DNA from: Anolis carolinensis | Lineage: Eukaryota | Reading direction: 5' to 3' | Assembly (NCBI RefSeq): GCF_035594765.1 | Contig: NC_085845.1 | Span: 95,350,024-95,414,023 of the forward strand | Length of the DNA stretch: 64,000 bases | Shown here: positions 37,140-50,263 of the stretch, piece by piece | Position numbering within the stretch: position 1 is the stretch's first letter | Layout: each line of letters begins with the position of its first letter | The notes under the pieces: model-generated | What the model was told of the DNA's origin: nothing | What the model saw: the letters and a program-made list of their open reading frames with translations, nothing else | Databases searched by the model: none | Translations under genes and position numbers: made by a program

Positions 37140-37467
37140 GGGGCCCCTGGTGGCACAGTGTGTTAAAGCGCTGAGCTGCTGAACTTGTGGACCAAAAGGT
37201 CCCAGGTTCAAATCCCGGGAGCGGAATGAGCACCTGCTGTTAGCCCCAGCTCTTGCCAACCTAGCAGTTTGAAAACATGCCAATGTGAGTAGATCAATAG
37301 GTACCGCTCTGGCAGGAAGGTAACGGCGCTCCATGCAGTCATGCCAGCCACATGACCTTGGAGGTGTCTACGGACAACGCCGGCTCTTCGGCTTAGAAAT
37401 GGAGATGAGCACCAACCCCCAGAGTCGGTCACGACTGGACTTAACGTCAGGGAAAACCTTTACCTTT
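37140..37467 (+). mobile_element. Sauria SINE, full length
   Basis: tRNA-like head, (ACCTTT)n tail, 12-bp TSD TATTTAGTCTGT. Confidence 0.93.
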
Positions 37468-37913
37468 TATTTAGTCTGTAGTAATGTCAAGGCTGATTAA
37501 GACATTAAGTGGATATGTATTCTCTGCAATTACTGAATATATTCATGTACATATGTAGAAATTTTAGTCAATTAAAAAAAAACATTTCAGTGTATTTGTA
37601 CCTTAACCTTAACTCTTCTTTAAAGAAGAACCATCCATTTCTCTGAGCAGAGTAGTAAAAACTGAGAGCTTAGTCTTCCCTGGGAGAACTTAAAAGAAGC
37701 ACCAACCCCCTCTATTGACTCTGCCATAGAGCCACCTCTGCCCTTTTTGAATGCCTGGATGGGAAAATGACAAGGGAGAGGGAAAGGTGCCTTTTCCTCT
37801 CCATGGAATGACCCTAAATTTATCCATGGGTCATACCAAGGTCCATAATTTTGCCCCAGAAGCATGCCTTCAACTTGCACATGGGTCCAATTTGTACACA
37901 AGTGGTTACACTG

Positions 37914-38208
37914 CCGCGGTGGCGAAGTGTGTTAAAGGACTGAGCTGCTGAACTTGCAGACCAAAAGGTCGCAGGTTCAAATCCCGGGAGCAGAGTGAGT
38001 GCCCGCTGTTAAGCTCCAGCTTCTGCCAACCTAGCAGTTCGAAAACATGCCAATGTGAGGCAGGAAGGTAACAGTGCTCCATGCAGTCATACCTTGGAGG
38101 TGTCTATGGACACCGCCGGCTCTTTGGCTTAGAAATGGAGATGAGCACCAATCCCCAGAGTCAGACATGACTGGACTTAACGTCAGGGGAAACCTTTACC
38201 TTTACTTT
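37914..38208 (+). mobile_element. Sauria SINE with internal deletions
   Basis: Highly similar to 37140-37467. Confidence 0.9.
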
Positions 38209-38957
38209 TAAATCCAGAATAACCCACCTCCACTTTTGCCAGGTTGGGACCAGATCTCTACAGTGCTAACTCTGAATGTATGTGTTGCCTTCGTATTAGT
38301 GCATCAAGAATATTTTTAAAAGAGGCCGTAGAAAGAGAAATAGTACGTCACAGCATTGGAAGCAAAGCAGGAAGCGAAGTGCCAATATCATAAATCATAA
38401 GCCTTCTTAATGTACTCTACTTGCTGCAGTGCAGAGCATACAGAGGGAGAACGTGGGCTGGAAATGAGCCTTCCATATGCCCAAATAGTAGTGTCTAGAA
38501 GAAATCTTCAGGTATTATGTATGCTGTAATTGAAAAGGCATGCATGAAATGTGACCATGGAAATGTCAGCAATTGCTGCAACTACGTCCTAGTTGCTTTT
38601 TCCTTTTTCTGAGTCTGTTTACCTGGCTACCCATCTGCCTGGTTCTACAAACTGGTGAGTCAAAAGCATATGTGGGCCATCTCCCAGTTCTCATCCACTC
38701 TAGCTATCTGACATTACAAGGGCCATCTTCACATGTCTCCTGGGGTCCTACAATTTTACTGGCAGTTGCCAGTGAAAGGGAGGGATGCAATGTAGCTCAT
38801 GTTGCCCCATGTGCTATCCTCATATTGTCTTATGTTTTGGTCAAGAAATTTCAAGGAATGGAATGGTACTAAACTGATTACCCTAAATTATATGCAGATA
38901 GTGGTTTTGTGTGTGTGCATGCGTGCGTGTGTGTGTATAAGCATTCAAATAGAGTCC

Positions 38958-39923
38958 TAGAATCATAGAGTTGGAAGGGCTTTATGAACCATCATTTCAA
39001 ACCGCTGCTTAATGTAGGGTCTCTGCTAAAGCATTGTCAGCAGGTAACTGCCCAGCCCCCTTCTGAAGACATCCAGAGAAGGAAACCCTTAAATAGTGGA
39101 TTCCATTACTGAACCAGTCTTATTGTCAAGAATCATAGAATCATAGAATAGTAGAATTGGAAGAGACCTCATGGGCCATCCAGTCCAACCCCCTGCCAAG
39201 AAGCAGGAAATCGCATTCAAAGCACCCCCGACAAATGGCCATCCAGCCTCTGTTTAAAAGCCTCCAAAGAAGGAGCCTCCACCACAGTCTGGGGGAGAGA
39301 GTTCCACTGCCGAACAGCCCTCACTGTGAGGAAGTTCTTCCTAATGTTCAGGTGGAATCTTCTTAACATTAGGAAGAAATGTATTTCCTGTTACTTTAAA
39401 CCAACTGACTGGTTCTGCCTTCTTGAGGAAGCAAAAAACAGATCTAGTTCCTCCTCTCTGTGACAGCTTTTCAAATGTTTAGAGATTACCGTCTTGTTGA
39501 TCCTCAGTCTTATCTTCACCAGGTTGAACATACCCAGTTCATTCAGCCTTTCCTCATAGTCGTTGTTTTCCGTAACACTTATCATCCTTGTTGCCCCTCT
39601 CTGAATCTGCTCTAACTTGTCTATATCCTTTTTAAAATCAGGCTGCAACTAAATGCAATACTCCAGATGGGCCTTGAACTGTGCTCAGTATGGCGTAACT
39701 TTTGCTTCACTTGCCCTGGAAGCTATTAATAGCATTCTCCTTCCTTGCTACAGCTTCACACTGCTGGTTCATTTTTAAATGTATGATCTACTATGATCCA
39801 AATTTCCTTTTCTCATGAAATGCTGCTGAGACATGCACCCTCATCACATACCTGTGCATTGTGGGGGAGGGGGGTGGCCTAAATGTAGAATTTTGCATTT
39901 GTCATCATTCTATTTCATTGTGT
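38958..39923 (-). mobile_element. Old CR1 LINE fragment, interrupted by a young CR1 and bounded by a mariner
   Basis: Degenerate CR1 ORF2 (KKDIDKLEQIQRGATRMI...YEERLNELGMFNL) and 3' tail. Confidence 0.85.
39129..39360 (-). mobile_element. Young CR1 3' fragment nested in old CR1
   Basis: Close reverse complement of ~14526-14766. Confidence 0.92.
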
Positions 39924-39925
39924 TA

Positions 39926-41174
39926 CGAGGGTTGAATGAAAAGTAATGCCTCCACCATCATTACTTGGGTTTGGATGAGAATATTTTAATCAATCAAACA
40001 TTTCTGCCAACAATGAACAAATTTTCTGAAGCCGTCACGGAAGAAGTCGACACACTGTTTCCACAACCAGCATCTCACAGTTCTCTCAACGTTTTCATCA
40101 GAAGCATAATGATGTCCCCACAGATCATCTTTCATTATTGGGAACAGATGGAAGTCAGACGGTGCTAAATCTGGACTGTATGGAGGATGCCATACAGAAA
40201 TCCAGTCTGAAGTTCTGCTGTGGTGGCATGTGAAGTGTGTAGTCTGGCATTGTCATGCTGCAGGAAAACATTTCCCTTTTCCTTTTGGACCCTTGTTAGC
40301 TGTCGTTTCAAAGTTTGCAGCATGTGACGTAATGCTCTGAAATTGTTGTTCCACGTTCAAGGAAGTCAACATGGATAACACCATCTACATCCCAGAACAC
40401 TGTTGCCATGATTTTCCAGCTGAGGGCTGTGTCTTGAATTTCTTTTTCTGGGGCGAGTCTTTGTGTCGATATTCCATAGACTGACGCTTCGTCTCTGGGT
40501 CCTAATGGTGTAGCTATGTTTTGTCTCCTGTCACAATTGAATGGAGAAAGGCATCACCTTCATTCTTGTAATGCAAGAGGAGTTTCTAGCAAATTTCAAG
40601 TCTGTGTGCTTTCATTTCAGGCATCAGCATCCTGTGTACCCATCGTGCACAGATCTTTCAATAGCCAAGCAAAGCAATAATGTGATCCACACGTTCTTGT
40701 GAAATGCCGATTATGCTTGAAATTTCTGTCTAAGTGATTCGACAATCGTCCTGAATCAATCTGTCAACCTTTTGCTTGTGAAATTCAGTGGTTGCTGTCA
40801 CAGGACGTCCAACTCTTTGTTTGTCATGCAAGTCAGATGTTCCCACCTCAACATCTTTAAACTTACTCGCCCAACAACGCACAGTACTCACATCAACACA
40901 ATCACCATAAACAGCTTGCATTCTCTGATGAATCTCCTTTGGGGTGACACCTTCTGCTGTCAAGAATTCAATGACTGCACGTTGCTAAGTTTCATTGACC
41001 GACCATCTGCGCAGGGTTCCATATTTCGCACTTTAACAACACAACCGTTCAATGCTAAGGCTTCCCGCCAAATGGAACTGTAGAGGAGAGTTTACTGGAC
41101 AAGCCAGTACCTGCCGCATACCAGTACTGCCATCTGTTGAGGAGTTGGAGGCATTATTTTTCATTCAACCCTTG
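39926..41174 (-). mobile_element. Near full-length mariner transposon with pseudogenised DD34D-type transposase
   Basis: TIRs CGAGGGTTGAATGAAAAGTAATGCCTCC, TA TSD, 1249 bp. Minus-strand motifs: HTH region, IVTGD, QHDNA, PPYSPDLAPSDF, with stops and frameshifts. Confidence 0.93.
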
Positions 41175-42209
41175 TATTTTCTGCCCCCTTTTCTGGTTTA
41201 TCCATTTCCAATTTATCTGGAGTTTAAAATAAGAAGGGGTGGTTAATCATAGCATCAATTTTCCTTGCAAATTTAAATGAGATCGATAACACCCGTATAC
41301 TAAAGAATTCTAAAATGACTATTCCTTGACTCAGTTTGAATTCATTTCTCCTTCCTCAGTATTAAAATAGCAAGAAGAGTACGTGTGTTTTTTTAGTGCC
41401 TATATAGTAGTAAGCCTTTAAATATCAAATCCAGCACATCGCTCAATTTATATCTGTCTGTTGCTGCACTTTCCAGTAACAAAAGCAAATTTGTTGAGAA
41501 TTGTTTAGCCAACAGTATTCACCAGTCCAGATGTGCCCTAAAGCCAGCAGACATCAGAGCCATCAAATTACAAGCTACTGACCGCTGTAACCAAAAAACA
41601 GCCTTGCCAGCATCTTGTCTTCTTATATATGTTCCCCTTAAGCTGCTTAAATTAACAGATCCAACTTCCATTTGAATACAATCTGTAGCAGACACAGTGA
41701 TGCAGTGTAATTCATCCAACTGTTCTTTTCATGGATTTCTGGCATGGGACACATAATCTCTTTTAGTGAGAGGGAAGAGTGAGGCAGAATAAATATAGCT
41801 CAGGCTAAAGAAGGAAGGCACACTGTCCCAAACTGCTGTTGGCTGTTCTTTCTGCAGCATTGAATTTTTTTTGTAAAGACTGATTGAGATGGGCAATAAG
41901 GACTTTGATGATAAATTCCAGTGAAGACCTTCTAACGCTTGGGCATTGAACAGATATTGAATTATTTCCTGTGCAGTATTGTGTTAGAGAGATATTTTTA
42001 ATAAAGCAGACTTCCATTCTGATAAGCTGGGTTTTTGTCAGTCTAGCAGTATTTGCTGAATGCACTCAGGATCTTTCTTGCATCCCATTGCTTTCAGTTT
42101 CATACCAGAAGTAACATGGGAGGTGGGGCCCAACCTGTCTCACATAAAAGAATAAAGTTATTCAGATATCCTTCACCCAAGTAATATAGGATTAGTCATT
42201 TGAAATACT

Positions 42210-42525
42210 AAATAGGGGGCCCCTGGTGCCACAGTGTGTTAAAGCGCTGAGCTGCTGAAATTGCGGACCGAAAGGTGCCAGGTTCAAACTCCGGGAGCGG
42301 AATGAGCGCCCGCTGTTAGCCCCAGCTCCTGCTAACCTAGCAGTTCGAAAACAGTAGCTCTGGCGGGAAGGTAACCGCGCTCCATGCAGTCATGCCGGCC
42401 ACATGACCTGGAGATGTCTATGGACAACGCCGACTCTTCAGCTTAGAAATGGAGATTAGCACCAATCCCCAGAGTCGATCACGACTGGACTTAACGTCAG
42501 GGGAAACCTTTACCTTTACCTTTTA
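42210..42525 (+). mobile_element. Sauria SINE
   Basis: Family match; 12-bp TSD ATTTGAAATACT. Confidence 0.9.
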
Positions 42526-42537
42526 ATTTGAAATACT

Positions 42538-43280
42538 GCAAAGGCCCCAGATCCTATCTGATCTTGAAGATAAGCCAGGCCAGTCCTGCTTAGTACTTTG
42601 ATGGAACACTACCATCAAAGTACTGGCCGGACTGTGGTGCAGCTAGCCAGTAACCAGCTGCAATAAATCACTACTGACCGAGAGGTCATGAGTTCGAAGC
42701 CTGGGTCGGGTTAAGTCCCCGACCATTAAATAGCCCGGCTTGCTGTTGACCTATGCAGCCCTGAAAGACAGTTGCATCTGTCAATTAGGGAAATTTAGGC
42801 ACGCTTTATGCGGGAGGCTAATTTAACTAATTTACAACATCATAAAACTGCCAGCAAAATACGAGGAATGGAATGAGGAAGTATAGCTACTACTGGACAG
42901 TGAAGCAACAGCTCCCCCTGTGGCCGGAATCATGAAGCTGGAAAAAAATGTTAAATGCCTCTGTGTCTGTCTATATATGTTGTTTGTCTGTTGGCATTGA
43001 ATGTTTGCCATATATGTGTTCATTGTAATCCGCCCTGAGTCCCCTTCGGGGTGAGAAGGGCGGAATATAAATACTGTAAATAAATAAATGTAAATAATAC
43101 CAATTTATTTATTTATTTCCAATATTTCTATCCCGCCCTTCTCACCCGAAGGGACTCAATTGACACTAGATTCTGGAGGCTGTATTTCAGAGAAAAGAAC
43201 TGGCAAAACCACCTCTGAAAACCCAATAAAATGTATAGCATTGCCATGTTTTGACAGGCAACTTGAAGACACATACCTGC
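42538..43280 (+). mobile_element. 5S-derived SINE split by SINE2 insertion(s)
   Basis: 5S-like gatcctatctgatcttgaagataagccagg...ttagtactttgatgg at 42538-42622; the body resumes at ~43170. Confidence 0.7.
42625..43089 (+). mobile_element. Full-length Anolis SINE2-type element
   Basis: B box GAGTTCGAAGCC, LINE2 tail and (TAAA)n. Confidence 0.88.
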
Positions 43281-44957
43281 ACATGCACTTTGAACTGTGT
43301 CCAGATACAGACTAGTTATTAAATTGTCAAGCTATGTTCATTATAAAAATCCTCAAAGGTGCTGAGACAACAAGGGACTGCATACCCAGTAATGTCAAAA
43401 CTGAGCCCCTCTAAGTGTTTTGGTCTTCCAACTCCCAGAATTCCTGGCCATTAGTCAAGCTGGCTAAGGCATTTGGGAGTTGGAGCCTAAAACATTCAGA
43501 GGGCCACATGTTTGGCATAGAATAATCCAAGCCAAAAAAGACCCCCCCAAAACGTTGGCCTTGTGCAGTGTCACGTGGCTTCTTTCAATTCCCATAGCAT
43601 GATGATAGTGCTTATGACACTATTTTTGGACACTATACTGGGGATACCTTTTGCAGTTCAACACATACCAGAAATTGGTGTAGAGTTCTGTAAACAACTG
43701 CATTTTTAATTCAAGCATTGTACCCAAAGGTGGGTGACCTTCTTTTGGTTTAGGTTATATTTTTATTATGATCTATAGAATTTAATACCAACTATACAGG
43801 ACTCATCCTCATTAGACAAATGGGATATTTGCACCAGATGGTATCCTATGAGAAAGGCAGACAGTCAGATAGCAATCCTGTTCTATTTTGTATGTCAACA
43901 TTTGCTTTGATCTGAAACACCTCTGACTCATCAGTGTGTATGTTATTCCACCAAGATATGGTTTGTTTTTTTACCACTATGGCATTTTCTTTCTTTAGCA
44001 TATGACATGCTCATAAAACTCTTCCCTAAATCAAACAGTTGTTTTGCCTGATTGTGACATAACGTGAGCAAGATTACACTTGAAATATGATCTAAGAAGT
44101 AGTGATAGAGTCCAAGCTAAATTAGGAACACGCACCCAAACTTGGCTGCCAAGGCAGACATAATGCATTTTTTTCCACTAAAATCTATATGCACAATAAA
44201 TATTTTTAGTATGCAGATTTTAGTGTTATGTTCATCATTGCTCTCCTGTTTAAATCTTCCTGCTGAAATACAGGACTGCCATTGTTGGCACAACATTGTA
44301 TCGTTTGTGTATTTTCTGTCCACACTATTTTCTGTCCACTGTGCTGAACTTAAAATGGCCAGACTAAGATCCGGTTCTTCACAGTAGCTCAACCATCAGC
44401 TTTGGTATCAGCACCTATTAAATAACCTCATGGGATACCCACTACTGATCTGCTACCTCCCTGCATGAAACCATCAATGGCCACTGATTGTGCCACAGTC
44501 ACAAAACTTGTCTGGACACTTTTGTGATAGAATCCTTACCTCTCCCCTCACCAACATTTTTTAACTCAGCACTTTGCCTTTAAAAAAAACTAAAAAGGGG
44601 GAATAGCATAGTGGGAGGGCAGAGTTATGGTTTTACATTGCCAAGGCATCACAGTCACACAATGCCAATGGCTGTACAATAGGAGTTGGCATGATACTGG
44701 TAAGTAACCACTATCCCACATCTCAGGAAACCACAGAATAGCAACTTGCATGTCGTACATTCCTATGTTGCCATTCCATGTATATGTTTTGAACACTTTA
44801 AATTCCAGCTTCTATTCTTTGTCTTCCCACAGTAATCTTTTCTACAAGTAGGCACAAAATGTAATTATGCGTAAGATCTTATCAAAATGCTCATCCATAT
44901 CTAATATTAGACTGGATTACTATCAATTTCACTTCTAAATCACACACACACACTGTC

Positions 44958-44959
<2 letters not shown>

Positions 44960-45013
<54 letters not shown>
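44960..45013. repeat. (AT)n microsatellite
   Basis: Direct observation. Confidence 0.95.
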
Positions 45014-45016
<3 letters not shown>

Positions 45017-45493
45017 CACATAACATAAAATATAAAATATTTCTCTTTTATCTTCTGTTGTGGCTTCATTACCTGGAGCAGGAGGAGCTTCTCAGAATCG
45101 GTTCTGGATTTATTCATAGTTCACACAGCTTCAGAATCCTCAAATAAATATTTTATTCCATAGAATGTGTGGCAAAGAACAAAAAAGAGTGTTTAAATGC
45201 ACAAATGCTAATACAACTAAAATTCAATGTTGAAGGACAACTAGAACAAAATTAAAGATCATAAGAAAGATTTCAAACAACCATTATCCCTCAAAATTCT
45301 AGATGAGTTTTTCAAAAATTCTACACTAATTATCAATAATATTAGTGTCTATGTTTATAAAATGATTTATAACAACCATTTATATGGATAGTAAAATAAT
45401 GCAGGTGGGAGTAAAAAAAATGAATAAATATCCTGAATAAATATGTAAATCATAACCTTTTTTAAAAAGAAGTATAATTATGTCCATATAAAC

Positions 45494-46046
45494 CTGGCAT
45501 GGGCAAACATTTTTGCCTTGGGGCCACATTGAGAGCCCAACCGGGAGGGCTGGGCCAGGAGGGAGTAAGACCGTTCGCACACTGGGTGCACAAAGGCCTG
45601 CGAGGGGTAGTGCCTGGGAGAGGGCAGAGCCAGGAGGGAGCAGAGCAGGACCTGGATCACCCTCAGGTTGTCCTCACAGCATAAGGACAGTGTTGCTTAC
45701 CCTTATGCTGGAAGGAAGGCGGGACACGTGGCGACTGCCCTGATTCTCCTCCTCGATCCTCAGGCTATCCTCTTGGCATTATGCCAGGAGGAAGGCAAGA
45801 CAAGCAGCAGCTGAGCATACCCAAGAAGGCTCTCAGCTGCCACGTGCCTTGAGCAATCCTCCCAGCATAAGGATGAGGCCGCTTGCACCATCTTTATGCT
45901 GGGAGGAGAGCAAGACATGTGGTGGCTGAGAGCACTCCAGATGGCTCTCAGCTTCTGCGAGCCGCTGACAGGGTAAATTAGGAGGGCCTGAGATAAGCAT
46001 CTCAGGGACCACATCCAGCCCCTGGGCCTTAATTTGCCCATGCCTG
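45494..46046. mobile_element. Non-autonomous hAT element
   Basis: TIR CTGGCATGGGCAAA / TTTGCCCATGCCTG; 8-bp TSD ATATAAAC/ATATAAAT. Confidence 0.82.
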
Positions 46047-49000
46047 ATATAAATCATGCCATAAATTTGAGTTCATGGATCCAAAACTGAATAGTTATAG
46101 AGTGTATGGCAACCAACTTTCTCTGGATGGTTCTACACTGACAAGTAAACTAAGCTGGAACCAGCATCCTTTGCAGCCCAAGAGGGACTCCCTGAGCCAC
46201 TTCCCAGAGAGTCCCCACTGCCTAACAATGCCAAAAAATGGTTCGCTGTGGCTAGATAGGGGCCTAACTCCCCCATGTTGTTTCCACTACCCACTTTGCC
46301 CCATTCTCCTTTGCAAGAAAGAAGGAAAACCCTAGGACTATCTAGATGGTCAGCAGTGACATGGGGAGAGGGAGCAGGGGAGGGCAGGCACTCTGTATCC
46401 CCAGGAAACCTGAGTGAAGGATGACTGTGAAGAGAGCTGCTTCAGGTTCTTCTTGGAGCCGTCTGCAGCTGTCTGGATGAGGCCTAACTTTGTGGGGGAG
46501 GGGGGCTCCTGCTGTAAGATTCAGATTTCCCCCAAAATTAGCTTAATGCAGGGTGATAGCTGTGTTAGGATGAATCAGTCCCCGTACGTTGTGTAGCTGC
46601 CCAGGGACTGATGCAACCAACACCAATCTAAGCGGTTAGTATAGATGGAGCATCAGTGCTGGCAATAGAAGGTTTTGCTTTTAGAAATTCTAAATACCGG
46701 GTATAAAGATAACTTGTACTGTATTTATTTGATTTTTATTGGGAGGAGACTTAGCAGATTGGTGCATTCATAACTACTTAGCTTCTTCCCAGAGGCTTGA
46801 AACATTCAGTTCTTATAATTGTCTTACCAGCTTGGCCACTATCTGTTCTGGTTGTGGGATTCTGAGGATTTTATCACACAAGGCTGTCCACTCACAATTG
46901 TAGCATGATGATTGTGAGCAGCAGAGGAACCTGATGTTCTGTAGCAGCTTTGTATTCTTCTCATTATTGTAGAACCTTTCCTGGTTCGCGGGGGAAATTG
47001 TTAATAGCCCAAATAATGTCACCATTGTGAAAATGACTCCATGTGCAATGACCTCTCCTTCTGTGCTTACAATATTCCAGGGACTCATATAGCTTCAGTG
47101 GGCACAATTTTCCTTCCCACTCTGTGCTTGCATTGTTATGGTGAAATATATATATATTTAAAAAGCGTACACGGACTGGATTAGGCAATACATGAAAGGA
47201 ACACAATATTGTGTGGAAGACAAATAGCAAAAACAATAGTAAACAAAGCAGCATCAAAGCACTAGTGAAGATCAAGTGTGGAAGGGAATGAACCAGTACT
47301 GGTATGTTTTCATTTGTTATAAGAACATGGTGGTTGCAATAAAGCAGCCTTGTGTGATAAAGTCCTGAGTATTTTAGTTTTTAAAGTTAACTTCTCTTAG
47401 CTTTGATCTTTCCTAAGATCAATGGGAATGAGCTGCAAAGTCTTCCTGGAATGTTTTGTGGACCTTTCTGTAGTAGGAAATTTGAAGAGAGGACTGTATA
47501 TTTTATTATGTAGTTGAAATAATCTCTCTCAAGGTAAATGAAATTTAGATTTTGGTAGAAATATTTGCTTGTAATTGCAATGGGCCAAGGCCATTAAAAA
47601 GAAGATAGCAACTGTAATTACAAATAGTTTTTTGTGCTTCATCTAAGATTTTTTTCCAGATATCATCTCATTAGCTATCAAATGTCATGATAATTTCTCA
47701 TAGGAGCCACCACACTTTTAACAGAACACGGCAGTCTATAGACTGTTTAAACAAGTGTAATGTCTCTTGAAACCATTGTGGCTATATTGCTCTAAACTAC
47801 AGTTCTCTTGATTTAAATATGGTTACCATCACTGAGTGATTTTTTTTTGTAGTGTAGGTGTTTAGGATTTTTGTTTGTCAGAGCAGGCTACTGAAGAAAG
47901 AAGGCACACCACAGAATTTTCTCATTCCCTTAAGGTACAGGATTAATCTTTCAAATTAGAATTAGATAGCATGGCCCAGATGTAAATAAATAGATTCCAT
48001 ACATTCCTCTTCCAGTAGAGAGGAACAAATTTATTTTGGTATGACATCAGCACAACTGAGTAACAGCCTTCATGGCAAATCGGCAGGGCATTGGGCCAAT
48101 CCCTCACCAGCCGTGCAGCTTTCCCATCACACATGGGGAAGTGTCACAACACAGCTTCCCCCCACATTTGCCCCATTGTTCTGAATTGAACATGGGAAGG
48201 CTCCTGTGTTGCCGGCACAGCATCGTAGGATGCTTGTGCCCCGATCGAACGATGGAGCCCAGCCAGAAGTGAGCCTGTGTCATCTGATGGGCAGCATGAG
48301 GCTCCGTGGCTCAATTGGAGCAAAAGCATCCTAGGACACTGAAAATGTATCGTGTGATGAAATCCTAAGTTAGTTTGGGTTACCAGCCATTTCTACTACT
48401 GATTTGCCACAGGTATTTAGTGTGAGTTCTGTAGTAATATTTTATTTCCTTAGTTATAAATTTTTGAAAATTTCTGAACAAATATAGACATGGGATTTTG
48501 GCTGGCGCTTTCCCCTCTCTCCAGAATGATCTTCAGCTTATCCATGGGTCAAATCAAAATCCATAGTTTTAGTCTCAAAGCCTGCCCTCAACTCATGCAT
48601 GACATATACTTTTACATGAGTACACAGTAGTCCTTCCACAATGGTATATGATCATATACCACATGGTATATTAACAGAATTGTTTAACCAAAGTTGAGCA
48701 GTTAGGAGTATTACACAAGAGTCATTGTGCTGACCAGAAATATTTAAGGAGGAGTTCTTCTTGATGCAATACCAATTTCCTCTTCAATTTATGCACTGGA
48801 CTCTTTCTGACAGGGTTGTGCTTTTTGGGGTAAGCCTTGACCCATTTTGTGTCCCAGCTTTCGGTGGGGGTCCCAATCCATTTTTGGGAGCCTCCCAAAA
48901 TCGGGAGGGCAGATATCTGTTTTCACTCTGGGGTGCCTAAAGATCATTTTCTATTGGCCCAATATGGGGAAGGCTTCCCAGGCTCCCGTTCCCATCATGT

Positions 49001-49481
49001 TAGGCAAAGCTCTACTCTAGAGAAGGCGCTCGTCTGCAGGCAGACATGTGCTTTCTAGGCCTATGGACCACACACACTTTCCAAGGCAAGGAGGCAATTT
49101 TACTCCAGAGAAGGCGTTCAGCTGCAGGCAGGGGTGTGTGTGTTTTCTGAGCCTGTTCTGCACATCACACACACTTTCCATTGGAGGGCGAACGGGGCAT
49201 GCGGGCATGATAAAAATGTTTATTATCGTTTTATTTAAATAACTATGTCTTTTTTCTGTTCTTGTTGAACATTTGAAATGCTAAAAAAGTTAAAATGCAC
49301 ACAAAATAAATAAATGCAACAAAATTAGTCATAACTAATTAATACATTGGTAAACTCCTACTGTAATAAGCTTTACGTGGGTCTGCTCTTGAAGAAGACT
49401 CAGAAGCTGCTTGACTATAGACGACATATAATGTCATGCTTTAAAAATTGCATTGACTGTCAATGTACCTCCAATCTGAAT

Positions 49482-50263
49482 TCACCGTCACCGCCTCCAG
49501 TTCCTTCAAGGTCAAGCCAGTCACTTCAGTCACTTCCATCCATCTTGCCCTTGGTCGGCCTCTCTTCCCTTTTCCTTCCATTTTCCCCAGCATCGTGATC
49601 TTTTCCAAGCTTTCCTGTCTCCTCATGATGTGGCCAAAATACTTCAGCTTTACCTCTAATATCCTTCCTTCCAGTGAGCAACCAGGCATTATTTCCTGGA
49701 GGATGGACTGGTTGGATCTTCTTGCGGTCCAAGGCACTCTCAGGATTTTCCTTCAGCACCAGAGTTCAAAAGCGTCTACCTTCCTTTGCTCAGCCTTCTT
49801 TATGGTCCAGCTCTCGCATCCATAGGTTACTATGGGGAATACCATTGCTTTGACTATGCGGACCTTCGTTGCCAGTGTGATGTCTCTGCTCTTCACTATT
49901 TTGTTAAGGTTGGCCATTGCTCTCCTCCCAAGAAGTAAACGTCTTCTGTTTTCCTGGCTGCAGTCTGCATCTGCAGTGATCTTTGTGCCTAGAAATATAA
50001 AGTCTGTCACTGCCTCCACGTTTTCTCCCTCTATTTGTCAGTTATCAATAAGTGTAGTTGCCATGATCTTGGTTTTCTTGACCCAGCTTTTGCACTTTCT
50101 TCTTTCACCTTGGTGATAAGGCTCCTCACCTCCTCCTCGCTTTCGTCCATCAGAGTGGTATCATCTGCATACCTAAGGTTGTTAATGTTTCTTCCAGCAA
50201 TTTTAACTCCGGCCTTGGATTCCTCAAGCCCCGCATGTTGCATGATGTGTTCTGCGTACAAGT
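49482..50263 (-). mobile_element. RTE Bov-B LINE internal fragment
   Basis: GRNINNLRYADDTTL, KAMVFPIVTYGCESWT, PWTARRSNQSILQEI and LKYFGHIMRR across frameshifts. Confidence 0.93.
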
